From a virus (Duplodnaviria > Heunggongvirae > Uroviricota > Caudoviricetes), in IMG/VR virus record IMGVR_UViG_2671180963_000003: a DNA stretch of 35,090 bases, one strand, 5' to 3'. The notes under the pieces are model-generated. The model saw only the letters and a program-made list of their open reading frames with translations. It ran no database searches and was not told where the DNA came from. This document shows, piece by piece, positions 6,643 to 17,400 of the stretch (position 1 is the first letter of the stretch; every line of letters begins with the position of its first letter). A program made the translations under genes and the position numbers.

Positions 6643-8550
6643 ATGAAACTAATTTCTAATAAGGCCAAATTAAAAAAGATTCTCAAAAATGCAGCCAAAT
6701 ATATTACGCCACCGCCTAAACTCCTTCCATCGGAATGGTGCGAAGCTAATATGGTGCTGGTAGATGGTCCTCAAGCTGGGGATAAAGTTAAATTGCTGTC
6801 ATTCCAGAAAGGTATGATTGATGCTCCTTTCCTTGAGAACAAGAAAAAGTATGTTCTGATGACCAGTGCGCAGATCGGAAAGACTACCATCTTGAACGGC
6901 ATCCTGTTTAACCAGATGGCTAACGATCCATGCAATATGATTATCGGACAATCAACCGCTAAAGAAATGTCTCAATATCTCGCTGGTAAGATCCGACCGT
7001 CTATCGAAGCATGTGATGCATTAAAAGACGTGGTTACAGACAAGAATGATCGCAATGCGGTTAACAACAATAACCAGCTACAGCTAAAAACGAATCACTT
7101 CCTGTACATGGTATCGCTAACCAGTCCATCGACCCTGCGCGGTAAGACTGCAAAGGTCGGACTACTAGACGAAATCGATGCTGCTACAGCCTCAGAAGAA
7201 GGTGATCCGGTGGCACTGGCTGCTAACCGTTTAACTACCTTTGGCGACGAAGGCCGATTAGTCGTATCCAGTACCCCGACCAGTAAGCTGGGAAGCATTA
7301 ACCAGCAATGGTTATCAAGCGATATGCGTATGTTTTTTGTTCCGTGTCCTCATTGCGGGGAACACCAGGTGATCGAGTGGGAAAACGTTCAATTTGAATG
7401 GCGTAACATCGATGGTAAGAACTTACCCGATCCTGATACCGCTCGTTATATTTGCCCCCACTGTAAGAACGCATGGACAGAAGGAGAGCGGATCAGGGCG
7501 GTGGCTGCTGGTGAATGGCGAGTAACCCGTGAAAGTGAAGTAGCCGGATTCTGGATCAGCCGTCTGTATTCACCATTCAGCACGATCCGCGCTTGTGTGG
7601 TTGATTTTAGTCATGCGTGGCAATCCTTTGATCTACAATCATTTTATAACACCGTGTTAGGCAAGGTATACGACGATCAGGACACGGCAGTAGAAGCAAA
7701 TGAACTGGAACAACTCAAAACAGATGTTTCTATCGAGAATATCCCTGATGACGTGATTTTCTTGTGTTCAGGAATTGACCAGCAATTGGACCGCGCAGAA
7801 TCTACCATCTTAGGTGTAGCGAAAGATAAGGTTTACATTCTGGATCACCGCAGCTTTTACGATCATAACTGTGAACGATATGAATCACCTGTTTGGGATC
7901 GCCTGGTTAACTTCAAGAAAACCAAATTCTATAACGTTAATGGTGAACGTGTACCAATGCTCGCCAGCTTCCTTGATACATCGAACGGTCGATTCACTCA
8001 AGCCGGATACCGTATTTGCGGCAAGTGGAAGAATCTACACGCGATCAAAGGTAGTTCATCTGGTAATGCTCCAGTGATTCCGGTTAAACCTACCCGCACA
8101 GGTGGTCATGAATTGCTTATGCTGGGTGTTAACGTTGGTAAATCCGCTGTTCGTGAAATGCTGGTTAGAAACCTGAAAGATAATCCTCATATTGGCTTAG
8201 AAATATCAGAAACCGTTCCTGATGATTATCTCGATCAGCTTTTGAGTGAATCCATCAAGCGTACTACTACTGGCGTGCGTTGGGTGAAAAATCCAGGTAG
8301 TACCCGAAACGAGGCTCTCGACTGTCTGGTTTATAGCTATGCTGCTTCTCGCTACGTTCTTTCAAAAATGTCATGGGATAAACTCATTGCAATGAAAGAC
8401 AGCTTAAACCGTGTTGTCGAAGAATCCGTAGAAGCTCCTAAATCGCAATCTGACGAGCAAATAGAAGAAACTAAGCCAATCACACGACCACAACGTCAAA
8501 ACATCGCCAGACGTCCAAATAGAGGCCGTAGCTGGGTAACATCGTTCTAA
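6643..8550 (+). CDS. terminase large subunit (lambda GpA-like)
   Basis: 635 aa; Walker A-like SAQIGKTT near residue 75; paired Cys motif CPHCG...CPHCKNAW typical of GpA-type terminases; sits at the head of the morphogenesis module; GAGGG Shine-Dalgarno. Confidence 0.8.
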   Translation: MKLISNKAKLKKILKNAAKYITPPPKLLPSEWCEANMVLVDGPQAGDKVKLLSFQKGMIDAPFLENKKKYVLMTSAQIGKTTILNGILFNQMANDPCNMIIGQSTAKEMSQYLAGKIRPSIEACDALKDVVTDKNDRNAVNNNNQLQLKTNHFLYMVSLTSPSTLRGKTAKVGLLDEIDAATASEEGDPVALAANRLTTFGDEGRLVVSSTPTSKLGSINQQWLSSDMRMFFVPCPHCGEHQVIEWENVQFEWRNIDGKNLPDPDTARYICPHCKNAWTEGERIRAVAAGEWRVTRESEVAGFWISRLYSPFSTIRACVVDFSHAWQSFDLQSFYNTVLGKVYDDQDTAVEANELEQLKTDVSIENIPDDVIFLCSGIDQQLDRAESTILGVAKDKVYILDHRSFYDHNCERYESPVWDRLVNFKKTKFYNVNGERVPMLASFLDTSNGRFTQAGYRICGKWKNLHAIKGSSSGNAPVIPVKPTRTGGHELLMLGVNVGKSAVREMLVRNLKDNPHIGLEISETVPDDYLDQLLSESIKRTTTGVRWVKNPGSTRNEALDCLVYSYAASRYVLSKMSWDKLIAMKDSLNRVVEESVEAPKSQSDEQIEETKPITRPQRQNIARRPNRGRSWVTSF

Positions 8551-8556
8551 TAACTC

Positions 8557-8576
8557 GCCGTCCTTCGGGGCGGCTT
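8557..8576 (+). terminator. UUCG-tetraloop hairpin (weak terminator or RNA-stabilising element)
   Basis: GCCGTCC-ttcg-GGGCGGC with one G-U pair; only a short T tract follows. Confidence 0.35.
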
Positions 8577-8622
8577 ACTCCTAAATATTGTTAATCCAAT
8601 AACAATTAAATAAGGGGTAATT

Positions 8623-9117
8623 ATGAGTTTAGAACTAATTCCCTTAGTAATTCGTAAAGGCGAAAAAATCACGCTGGCGAATGAAGAGGGTGTGACAATT
8701 CAGGTAGGAAATAGTAAAGGTATCATTTATCAGGTTGATGATTCTCCGGCTAATCATGAGATTAAAACCTTAGATTTTGCCGAAGGTAAATATACCATCG
8801 TAATAACTTTGGAAGAAGAACTGGTATCAATGCAGGAATTAACTGTATTGCCAGTATTCGCCAAACAATCCAAAAAAGAATATCTGCGGGAAACTATCGC
8901 CTTAATCGAGCAAGTTATTTTCGCCCGTTTATCTGGGGACGAAGCCGCATTATCTCAAATGACCGTGAAAGGGAATACTTTCGCCTATGAGTCATTGGGT
9001 GTTCTCCAGGCTCTAAAAGTCGATTATGAACGTCAGTTATCAAAATTAATTCAAGCCGAACGACGTAAACAGGGAATTAGCCCGATTAAAAATATTAAAG
9101 TACGTCTTACGCGATAA
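8623..9117 (+). CDS. head-tail joining protein candidate (gpW-like C-terminal region with N-terminal extension)
   Basis: Lies between the terminase and portal genes as gpW does in lambda; the C-terminal segment NTFAYESLGVLQALKVDYERQL loosely resembles the gpW pattern from memory; AAGGGGTAA Shine-Dalgarno context. Confidence 0.4.
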   Translation: MSLELIPLVIRKGEKITLANEEGVTIQVGNSKGIIYQVDDSPANHEIKTLDFAEGKYTIVITLEEELVSMQELTVLPVFAKQSKKEYLRETIALIEQVIFARLSGDEAALSQMTVKGNTFAYESLGVLQALKVDYERQLSKLIQAERRKQGISPIKNIKVRLTR

Positions 9118-9127
9118 GGGGTAAATC

Positions 9128-10639
9128 ATGTTTAATCTTTTTCGACGCAATAAGGCGGTAGAGACTCCAGTTAAAACTAATCACCGCCAGCAACAACAAA
9201 AAATCTTTATCGACAAACAAGTAGAAAAATTCCAGAAAGATTTGTCTAAGCGTTCTTTGGGCTTGGTCGGTGATCGCATTGATGGATCGCTTCAACAAGA
9301 TACCATTACAGGAACCTTCAATAAGGCTCTCAAATCGAACGGTAAGCGCCTTTATGATCAGGGTCGTACTCTGGCCTTAAACACTTCCGTAGGCAGTCGC
9401 TACACGCAATACATAACCGATATGGTGGTAGGTACTGGCCTAGATCCGAAGCCGTCAGTTGTTAAATCAAACGGCAAACTTGATAGCGCACTGAATAAGC
9501 AGATCGAGAATGCTTTCTGGAAGTGGGCGCAGAATGCTAAACGCTTCTCTCGTAACGGTCGCTTTAACTTCCGTGAACTGCTGGTAATGGCTGAACGTGA
9601 GCGCGTTATGGGTGGTGAGTGCTTCATTGTTTTAACCAAAGAAAACAATGAGTTAAATGTTTCTATCCTGTCTGCTGATAAGTGCGACTGGACACTCAAC
9701 CGTGAAGTAAGCAAAGAACGCGCTATCTATCAAGGTGTGGAGTATGACGTGGACACAATGCGCCCTGTTGCATACTGGTTTCGTAAAGTCAATCTACTGA
9801 CTCAGACCTACACTGGTGATAACTATCGTGTCGATGCTTCGCAAGTATGCCATTATTATCAACCACTTGCGGCTGAATCTCTGCGTGGTGTGACTGACTT
9901 CCTACCAGTGATTAAGGATATCGCACATCAAGACGCATTCCGCGAAACTGCGATCATCCAGAAACGCATTGCAGCTAGCTCTATGGGCTTTATCGAACGT
10001 CCGAAAGATTCTGGTGACGATTTTGATACTGGTGAAGAGGATGAACAATATCAAGCGCCGGAAGTAGTACAGGATTTTGCACCGGGTACTATTCAGGAAT
10101 TGCCGGAAGGGGCAACGATCAAGAGCATCCAGGCGACGCAAAGCGGTGATGACTTCAATTCCTTTAACGATGCGATGTTTACTAGCGTATCAATGGGCTT
10201 AGGCGTGTTTAAACAGGGCTTGACTGGTGACACTAGCCAAATAAATTACTCATCAGCACGCTACGGCGAATTACTTCAACGCACACGCATTAAAGCACTG
10301 CAAAACAAATTAATTGAAACAGTGGTATTGCCAATTTTTGAAGCGTATCTACGCCATTATTCCGCGCGTGGTATTGTTCCGATTCGTATTACTGCAATTC
10401 CGCATATTATCGACAACACTACTATTATTCGTCCGCGTTTTGAATCCGTCGATCCTATTAAAGACGTAAACGCCGAGATTGCTTTAATTGATAAAGGACT
10501 TAAATCACGTACTGCCGTTATATTAGAACGTGGTGATGATCCTGAAAAAGTATTCTCAGAGATTCAAGCCGAAAAGAGCGCACTAAATATTATCGTTGAT
10601 GGCGAGGGTGAAGAAAAAAATTCCCCAGCCGATCCCTAA
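9128..10639 (+). CDS. portal protein (by position and size)
   Basis: 503 aa ORF immediately after the terminase/gpW-like genes and before the protease-capsid gene; AAGGGGTAA Shine-Dalgarno; no motif-level confirmation. Confidence 0.6.
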   Translation: MFNLFRRNKAVETPVKTNHRQQQQKIFIDKQVEKFQKDLSKRSLGLVGDRIDGSLQQDTITGTFNKALKSNGKRLYDQGRTLALNTSVGSRYTQYITDMVVGTGLDPKPSVVKSNGKLDSALNKQIENAFWKWAQNAKRFSRNGRFNFRELLVMAERERVMGGECFIVLTKENNELNVSILSADKCDWTLNREVSKERAIYQGVEYDVDTMRPVAYWFRKVNLLTQTYTGDNYRVDASQVCHYYQPLAAESLRGVTDFLPVIKDIAHQDAFRETAIIQKRIAASSMGFIERPKDSGDDFDTGEEDEQYQAPEVVQDFAPGTIQELPEGATIKSIQATQSGDDFNSFNDAMFTSVSMGLGVFKQGLTGDTSQINYSSARYGELLQRTRIKALQNKLIETVVLPIFEAYLRHYSARGIVPIRITAIPHIIDNTTIIRPRFESVDPIKDVNAEIALIDKGLKSRTAVILERGDDPEKVFSEIQAEKSALNIIVDGEGEEKNSPADP

Positions 10640-10684
10640 TAACCAACGGGGGCGCAATGCCCCCAATTAATTAAAGGTGATTAA

Positions 10685-12688
10685 ATGCTTAAATTTCGCC
10701 GCGAACTTAACGGTTACGGTGGAGTTATTAACGAAGGGCATAACGATCAATACGAATTTGAAATTGCTTTCTCCAGTGAACAGCCGTATCAGCGCCAATT
10801 CTGGGATGAGCAAAATCAAGAAATGGTGGTATTAGATGAAATTCTGGTACATACACCGGAAGCGGTTGATCTGTCTCGTCTGAATAATAACGCTCCGTTG
10901 CTGTTCAATCATAATTTCGATAATCATTTAGGTGTCGTTTGTAACGCTCGAATCGATGCGGATAAAGTAGGCCGTGCGACCGTTAGATTCTCTAAGCATG
11001 GCACTTTGGCTAATGATATTCGTAATAAAGTCATTGAAGGTACGATGGAAAAAATTTCTGTCGGCTATGACATTAAAGAATATCACATCGATTATGCCAA
11101 AGGACAATTGATTGTTACTAAGTTTGTTCCTTTCGAATTAAGTTTTGTTACGGTCCCGGCGGACGATTCGGTCGGTTTAAATCGCTCTCTAAATACTATC
11201 ACAGTTAATTTGGAGGCTAAACGCGATATGACTAAAGAACAAATCGAAGAAATCAAAGAAGAACAAGAATCCGCTCAGGTTGAAGAAACTCCGGTAGAAG
11301 AAAATAAAGAATCGGAAGTTGAAGAAACTCAAGAGCGCCAAGTTGAAGAGAATGAAGAAAATGAAAATCTCGAAGACGGAAAAGACGCTGAACATCCTGA
11401 AAGTGTTGATGATGATAGTTCAACTGTTCGGGAAACAGAAGAAGTAAAAGAAGAACGTGAAGCCGCTCCGGTTGAAGAAGAAAAAATCGAAGAAGTGGCT
11501 GAACGTTCCGAAGAAGACGAATTAGAAATTCGCGAAATTGCACGCGAACTAAATATTGACGACGAAGAATTAAAACGCGCATTGGCAGTTAAAGATATGA
11601 CGCCGGAAGCATTCCGCACTAAGGCACTAAATAATCTCGTCAATGCTCAACGTAATAACGAACAAATTAATAAGGAACAAATCATGGAAAAAACTTTTGA
11701 CCTGAACAACGTAATTCGCTCTCTGGTAGATGGTGAAGCTCTGGGTGCTAACGAAGCCGAGTTTTCTGCAATGGCTGCTACTGCAACTATGCAGCGTGGT
11801 CGTGCTGCTCGCGGTGGCTCTGTATTCGTTCCGACTGCTGCTATGCGTGCTGCTGCTGATGGTAACACCAAAGCTACTCTGACCGCTGTAACCGACGAAA
11901 AACTGCTGAATGATTCCTATGTAGCGATGCTGTTGCCGGAATCCGTTCTGGGTCGTCTTGGTGTGAAAGTCCTGTCTGGTCTGACTTCTCCGACTGCTAT
12001 TCCGAAAATGACCGCTTCCAGCGTTGAATCTTTCGGCTTCGTTGATGAAAACGGTGCTGCACCGGAAGGTAAAGCTGAATTTGCAAACGTGAAAATGGCT
12101 CCGAAAACTTTTGCTGGTGGCAACCCGATCAGCCGTCAGTCTCTGAAAACCGTTCCGGGCATCGCTACCCTGATCACTGATCACATTAACCAAGCTGTTC
12201 GTGTCAAACTGGAACAACTGATTCTGTCTGATAAAGAAAATGCTCGTGGTCCGGCTGGTGTGATTAAGCAACTGGTTGATGCAAGCCGTGTTGAGAAGAA
12301 AGCTGCTTTCTCTTACAAAGACTTCCTGAAAGAAATTGCTAAACTGACCGACGCTGGCGTTCCTGCTCAGGCGATCAAGTTTGCGATGAGCGGTGCAACT
12401 GCTGCTGAACTGGAATCTACCCTGAAAGATAACGGTGTTTCCGGTTATATCATCGAAAACGGTAAACTGGCTGGTTACGACGTAGTTACTTCTGGTGTTA
12501 TTCCGGTAGACCACATCGTTCTGGGTGACTTCTCCGCTATTACCATCGGTGAATGGGGCGGTCTGGAACTGGACATTGACGACACTACCTACCGCGCACA
12601 GTCCGCAATTGTTCCGCGTATCTGGGTAGATCTGGATTATGTAGTTACCCAGCCGGAAGCTCTGAAAGTTCTTCACGTCTCTGAATGA
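10685..12688 (+). CDS. prohead protease - acidic linker - major capsid protein fusion (HK97-like)
   Basis: N-terminal ~170 aa carries LLFNHNFDNHLG and KISVGYD, resembling the prohead protease (S78) His and Ser motifs; residues ~190-300 are an E/K-rich low-complexity linker (scaffold/delta-like); the C-terminal ~350 aa has composition and length expected of an HK97-fold capsid protein. Confidence 0.7.
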   Translation: MLKFRRELNGYGGVINEGHNDQYEFEIAFSSEQPYQRQFWDEQNQEMVVLDEILVHTPEAVDLSRLNNNAPLLFNHNFDNHLGVVCNARIDADKVGRATVRFSKHGTLANDIRNKVIEGTMEKISVGYDIKEYHIDYAKGQLIVTKFVPFELSFVTVPADDSVGLNRSLNTITVNLEAKRDMTKEQIEEIKEEQESAQVEETPVEENKESEVEETQERQVEENEENENLEDGKDAEHPESVDDDSSTVRETEEVKEEREAAPVEEEKIEEVAERSEEDELEIREIARELNIDDEELKRALAVKDMTPEAFRTKALNNLVNAQRNNEQINKEQIMEKTFDLNNVIRSLVDGEALGANEAEFSAMAATATMQRGRAARGGSVFVPTAAMRAAADGNTKATLTAVTDEKLLNDSYVAMLLPESVLGRLGVKVLSGLTSPTAIPKMTASSVESFGFVDENGAAPEGKAEFANVKMAPKTFAGGNPISRQSLKTVPGIATLITDHINQAVRVKLEQLILSDKENARGPAGVIKQLVDASRVEKKAAFSYKDFLKEIAKLTDAGVPAQAIKFAMSGATAAELESTLKDNGVSGYIIENGKLAGYDVVTSGVIPVDHIVLGDFSAITIGEWGGLELDIDDTTYRAQSAIVPRIWVDLDYVVTQPEALKVLHVSE

Positions 12689-12825
12689 ACTAACGTAGAA
12701 CCTTCTGAACCTTCCCCCGATTTGGGGGAAGAAAATCTGATTCCATCTCAGGAAGAAGAAGTTCAAGAGGTTACGGCGAAAGCCACAGTTAAAAAAGAAC
12801 GTAAGACTAAAGCAAAATAATAATT

Positions 12826-12852
12826 AGCCCTGCCTAACGGTGGGGCTTTTTT
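12826..12852 (+). terminator. rho-independent terminator after the capsid gene
   Basis: 9 bp stem AGCCCTGCC/GGTGGGGCT (two G-U pairs), TAAC loop, TTTTTT. Confidence 0.6.
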
Positions 12853-12882
12853 GTATGTAAATACTCCATAAAGGGGGTAACT

Positions 12883-13173
12883 ATGTTCAAATTATCAGAA
12901 TCACAATTATCAAGAATGTTTAAGAGTGCTCCTGTATTTTCGGTGGAAGGTGGTAAATCAATTCGTGCTTATCATGAAATTACTACTACCGACGAACAAG
13001 GGGTAATTACAGAATCAGAATTTCTATTTTGTCGTGAGGGAGACTTAAATCAGGGTGATGTTGTCATTGTAGACGGTGAACGCTTCAAAGTTCAATACGT
13101 TAAGCGCAATGGTGATAATACTTCTGATTGCTTTATTGCTCGTGCAGGGGGTACACATGCTCGCTACCGTTAA
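12883..13173 (+). CDS. head-tail connector/head completion candidate
   Basis: 96 aa ORF, AAGGGGGTAA Shine-Dalgarno, directly downstream of the capsid gene; assignment by position only. Confidence 0.4.
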   Translation: MFKLSESQLSRMFKSAPVFSVEGGKSIRAYHEITTTDEQGVITESEFLFCREGDLNQGDVVIVDGERFKVQYVKRNGDNTSDCFIARAGGTHARYR

Positions 13174-13579
13174 TAATATGCCTAGACTGAAAATCAAACG
13201 CGCCTTGCAGGATATTATCGAACAAGATTTAGGTCTGGCTTTAAACGTAGAACAAACTCAGCAAGGCTTTAGTGATGACGTGGTTTGTTGGATTACTGGA
13301 ATGAATGAGACTTACACTAGGGTCCGTGGTGGTAATGCAATGCAAGCTGAATGCGTTATCGAAATGCAGTTGTATTCTCAGAATCATGAAACCAAAATTC
13401 ATGAGGGTATTTGCCAGATAATCCAGATTCAGCCGGATAACCCACGTTTTAAAGATTTGGGCTTCTCTATTTCAGATATCACTCCAGTAGCCTCTAATAC
13501 CGATTATGACGATGATTCTAGTGATGGGGGTATCGTTGGGACACTTAGCCTTAAATTTTCTTATGTAGCGCGTTTTTAA
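13157..13579 (+). CDS. neck/tail completion candidate
   Basis: Start moved to the ATG at 13157 (AGGGGG Shine-Dalgarno 6 nt upstream), overlapping the previous gene by 17 nt; 140 aa; assignment by position only. Confidence 0.4.
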   Translation: MLATVNNMPRLKIKRALQDIIEQDLGLALNVEQTQQGFSDDVVCWITGMNETYTRVRGGNAMQAECVIEMQLYSQNHETKIHEGICQIIQIQPDNPRFKDLGFSISDITPVASNTDYDDDSSDGGIVGTLSLKFSYVARF

Positions 13580-13588
13580 GGGGTAATA

Positions 13589-14422
13589 ATGAATATTACA
13601 CAAGATAACTTAGACATTTTCACGGGGTCGCATGTTGAAGTCTCCGTGTCTACTATGGTGGATAACCAGCCGGACTTTTTCGATCCTGCATTTAGTCCTA
13701 TCGAGAACATCGCAGCATTCCCTACGATCACCGAATCCACAGAGATCCAGACGTTAGAAGAATATAACCATGATGTTACTGGTAAGTTGGCTGGCTATCG
13801 TAAACTTGAATCAACAACACTCACAGTAAACCGTGTTCTGGATGATGAACATCAAGCAATGTTGATGAAAGCGGTAGAGGATAAAACCCCTTTACGCTTC
13901 CGTATGTTCTATGTTGTGAACTCTGGCTATAGTGCTGCTAACACAGGATACTACGTCATTTTTGATGCATACGTCACATCACACAAAACCCGTGGTAGCG
14001 ATAACAAAGTTACTACCATCGAATTTAAATTAGATCCTGATGGTGGGATTCTCGACCGTGGTATTGCCACCGAAGGCCGGATCTTACGTCAAGGTGATTT
14101 TGGTTTGGGCGCTGGTGTACATCCATTCACAGGTCCGATTGATAGCGAAGCATTAGCCGGAAACCGTTTCGTAACTTATCAGGGATCGAGCGTATCTAAT
14201 CCATTTAGTGCTGATACTTCACTAATTCACGTTCAACCTAATGAAGATGGTGGATGGCAATTAACTTGCACCGCTTCCGGCGCACCACGTTTACGAGTTC
14301 GCACAGTCCAGAAAGACGGTAATTCTGGATGGGTGAAAGTGTATTCCACAGAAGAAAAACCGACACCAGCCGAGATTGAAGCCGTTTCTATCCATGACCG
14401 GATCGACTTCGGGGAATACTGA
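13589..14422 (+). CDS. structural protein of unknown role sharing a motif with the tail fibre
   Basis: 277 aa, AAGGGGTAA Shine-Dalgarno; C-terminal EEKPTPAEIEAVS parallels GDKPTPAEIGAYS in the tail fibre around residue 368. Confidence 0.45.
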   Translation: MNITQDNLDIFTGSHVEVSVSTMVDNQPDFFDPAFSPIENIAAFPTITESTEIQTLEEYNHDVTGKLAGYRKLESTTLTVNRVLDDEHQAMLMKAVEDKTPLRFRMFYVVNSGYSAANTGYYVIFDAYVTSHKTRGSDNKVTTIEFKLDPDGGILDRGIATEGRILRQGDFGLGAGVHPFTGPIDSEALAGNRFVTYQGSSVSNPFSADTSLIHVQPNEDGGWQLTCTASGAPRLRVRTVQKDGNSGWVKVYSTEEKPTPAEIEAVSIHDRIDFGEY

Positions 14423-14495
14423 TTGCTTCTCTAAATAAAACATGACGCGGGAGGTTAACGCCTCCCTTATTCCTGTTTTATAGTGAGGTGATTCG

Positions 14496-17400
14496 ATGCA
14501 GTCGATCCAATTTAAACGAACAAATGTTTCTGGCAAAAAACCAACGCCGGAACAATTACAGGTCGGTGAGGTAGCAATCAACCTTAAAGACCATGTTATT
14601 TTTACCAAAGACCGAGATCATGAAGTAGTTCAAATCTCTGTTTCTCCTGAAACTCACGCGGCACTAGAATCTAAAGTTGATGCTAACAAACAAGAACTGG
14701 ATAGTACAATTGCAGTAAATGACCGCAATATTCACGCTAAAGTAGATGAAATTAAACAAACTACTGATGCAACCATCGCAGCAAATCACGTAGAAATTAA
14801 CAATAAAGTTGATGTAATTAAACGCGAAACCGACGCGACAATCGATGCCAATAAAAATAAAGCTGCTTCCGACCTTGCTGGTGTTAAAGCTGAATTGTCG
14901 GATACTATCAACGCTAATAAAAATGCGGCTGCTGTAGCAACACAGGAACTGGACACCCGCATCAATAAAAAAGTTGATGATATTAAATCCCGTACCGATG
15001 CAACCATCGCAAGCAATGACAAAGCAATCAATGACAAGGTTGATTTGATTAAGGCCGAGACTGATCGGACTATCGCAGCAAATAAAGCCTATGCGGAAAA
15101 TCAGTTAACTGACACCTACAATAACCTTACTGGTGTGATTGCAGCCAATAAGCAAGAGGCAGCGGATAACGTCGCAGCATTAACCCGTGATGTTGAAGCC
15201 AAAAATTCAGCAATTCATAGCAAAGTTGACAATAACAAGTCTTACACCGATTCCGAACTTGCACGTTTAGAAAGCCGTATTGATGCAGCCGATGGATCTA
15301 GTGACGGTAAGTACATCAAAAAACACGTAAACACTTATACTGATGGTTATTTGCTGTCTAAGACCGCAAACTATTTTGATGATCCAGGTGCTCGTAATCT
15401 TGATTACTTTGGTGCATTCCGTACCAATGATCTAGCTGATCATATTGCAATGATCTTGCATGTTCCGCACCCATCCGGTGTTAATCATGCTCGTGGTTTT
15501 GAGTTCACTTATGGGTCTAATCCACATGCTACGGTAAGAACATACGGCTATGATGAATTGGGTCATTTGGCATATTCTCACCGCATGTATCATGAAGGTG
15601 ATAAACCTACTCCTGCCGAAATTGGCGCATATTCGAAAGCAGAAATTGACCGACTGTTCCAGAAGACGCTTAATTTTGGTATCGAGGGTGGTTGGTTTAA
15701 ACTAGGCACTTTGACAATGCCACAACAACACGGTCGCACCGCTAAGATTCGTTTGGTTGGTGGTAACGGTTATAACGTCGGACAGAATGGACAAGCCAAT
15801 GTTATTGAACTGGTGATCCGTTGCGGCAACAATAGCCCGAAAGGTGTTGTATTCAATGCTTATTATAGCATTTGGTATTACGAACAATATTTTTGCGCAA
15901 TTCCTACCGATGGCGATAATTACGATCTTTACGCTTACTACGGTGCACATACAGGATTTGTTTTAGCAGAATATCAAGTTTCGTCCGGTGGTGTTTCTTT
16001 AAACCTGTTGGATACTCCTGAATATCTGGGTGGTGAAAAACCTGTTGCAGATGAAATTTTTGATGCTCTTAACATTTCATCATTCAATAACTTTAGCAAC
16101 CGTGGAACGTTAAATTTTGGTGGAAACCATCAAGGCCAATATGACATTGAGCATTTGAACGAACAACAAACAAATGCTAAGAAAAAGTTGCGTCGCTTCC
16201 GTAGTTCCGCACCCGCTACTATCTGGCATGAAACTGTAGATGATCAGAATTATCGTCTTGCTACTGGATACGATGATGTAAACCAACAATTATTGCTGTC
16301 GGCTGCATCCGGTTTGCATATTCGTAGAATGACCATTGATGGCGGTTTAGGTGGAAACTCAGCAATTGATTTTCGTCGTGGTCCAAATGAATCATGTCAT
16401 TTAAACTTCTTTGATTATCGCACTGGTACAGATGTTCGTAATGGCTGGTTTGGCTTCGGTGATGGTCAGACCAAAGATTTTATTTGGTGGAACGACAACG
16501 GTCAAAACTCTATAAACCTGATTGAAGACGGTGAATTACATATTACTGGCGGTAGAGGCCAGAAAATTGTAATGAATAGCGAAGTGGCATTATCTGAAAA
16601 TGCTCGTTTGGCTGTCAAAGGTGGTAACTATGGTTTAATCCTTCGTAATGATGGTTCTAGCTTCCATATTCTTACTACCGATTTAAAAGATTCCTTTGGG
16701 ACGTGGAACACTCGTAGACCATTTAGTTATGATTTCGCCGAAGGTGGATTAGATCTAGGTGGCACAGCTACCGCACGCTGTTTACATCTGGGAATTGATG
16801 GTAGCACCCGCATCGAAGATAATATGGTGTTTAGATCAGGGTCTCGTCAGTCAATGGACTATATTGAATTAATCCATTGGGGTAACAGTAATACAGGACG
16901 CAATAACGTTTTGAGTATGCGAGATTCCAAAGGTTTCTTGGCTGAATTTGAACGCGTGGGGGGTACTAACGGCGTTAAAACCAGATTCTTTGGCGAAACA
17001 TTCACTGATGGTACATTATACCTAAATCAGATGAATAATAGCTCTGAACGATTCTCTATTAATAATTGGGGAAATTCAGAAGTTGGTCGCGCGGCAGTAA
17101 TGGAAGTTGGCGATTCCAAAGGTTATCACTTCTATACTGAACGTAGGACAGATGACACCGTTTTATTTGATGTATCTGGTGCTTTGACCGTGCATGGACC
17201 TAACGGAATAACCGTCAAAAACTCAACTGGTGCACGCCATATCTGGTTTAGAGATGATAGCGATACGGAAAAGGCTGTTATCTGGGCTACAGATGAGGGT
17301 ATTTTACATATTCGCAATAACCACGGTGGACAATTTACACATCACTTCCAGGGCGCGATGATTAAACTGGAAGGGCGTGTTCCTTATGCCGCAGATCAAG

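Noticed and set aside
11221-11580. E/K-rich low-complexity stretch as a separate scaffold gene or repeat element
   Set aside because: It is continuous and in frame with the flanking protease-like and capsid-like domains with no internal start or stop, so it is treated as an interdomain linker.
11189-12766. Minus-strand ORFs (68-379 aa) antisense to the capsid gene
   Set aside because: Low-complexity S/F/L-rich translations mirroring the E/K-rich plus-strand coding sequence, with no start context; shadow ORFs of the capsid gene.
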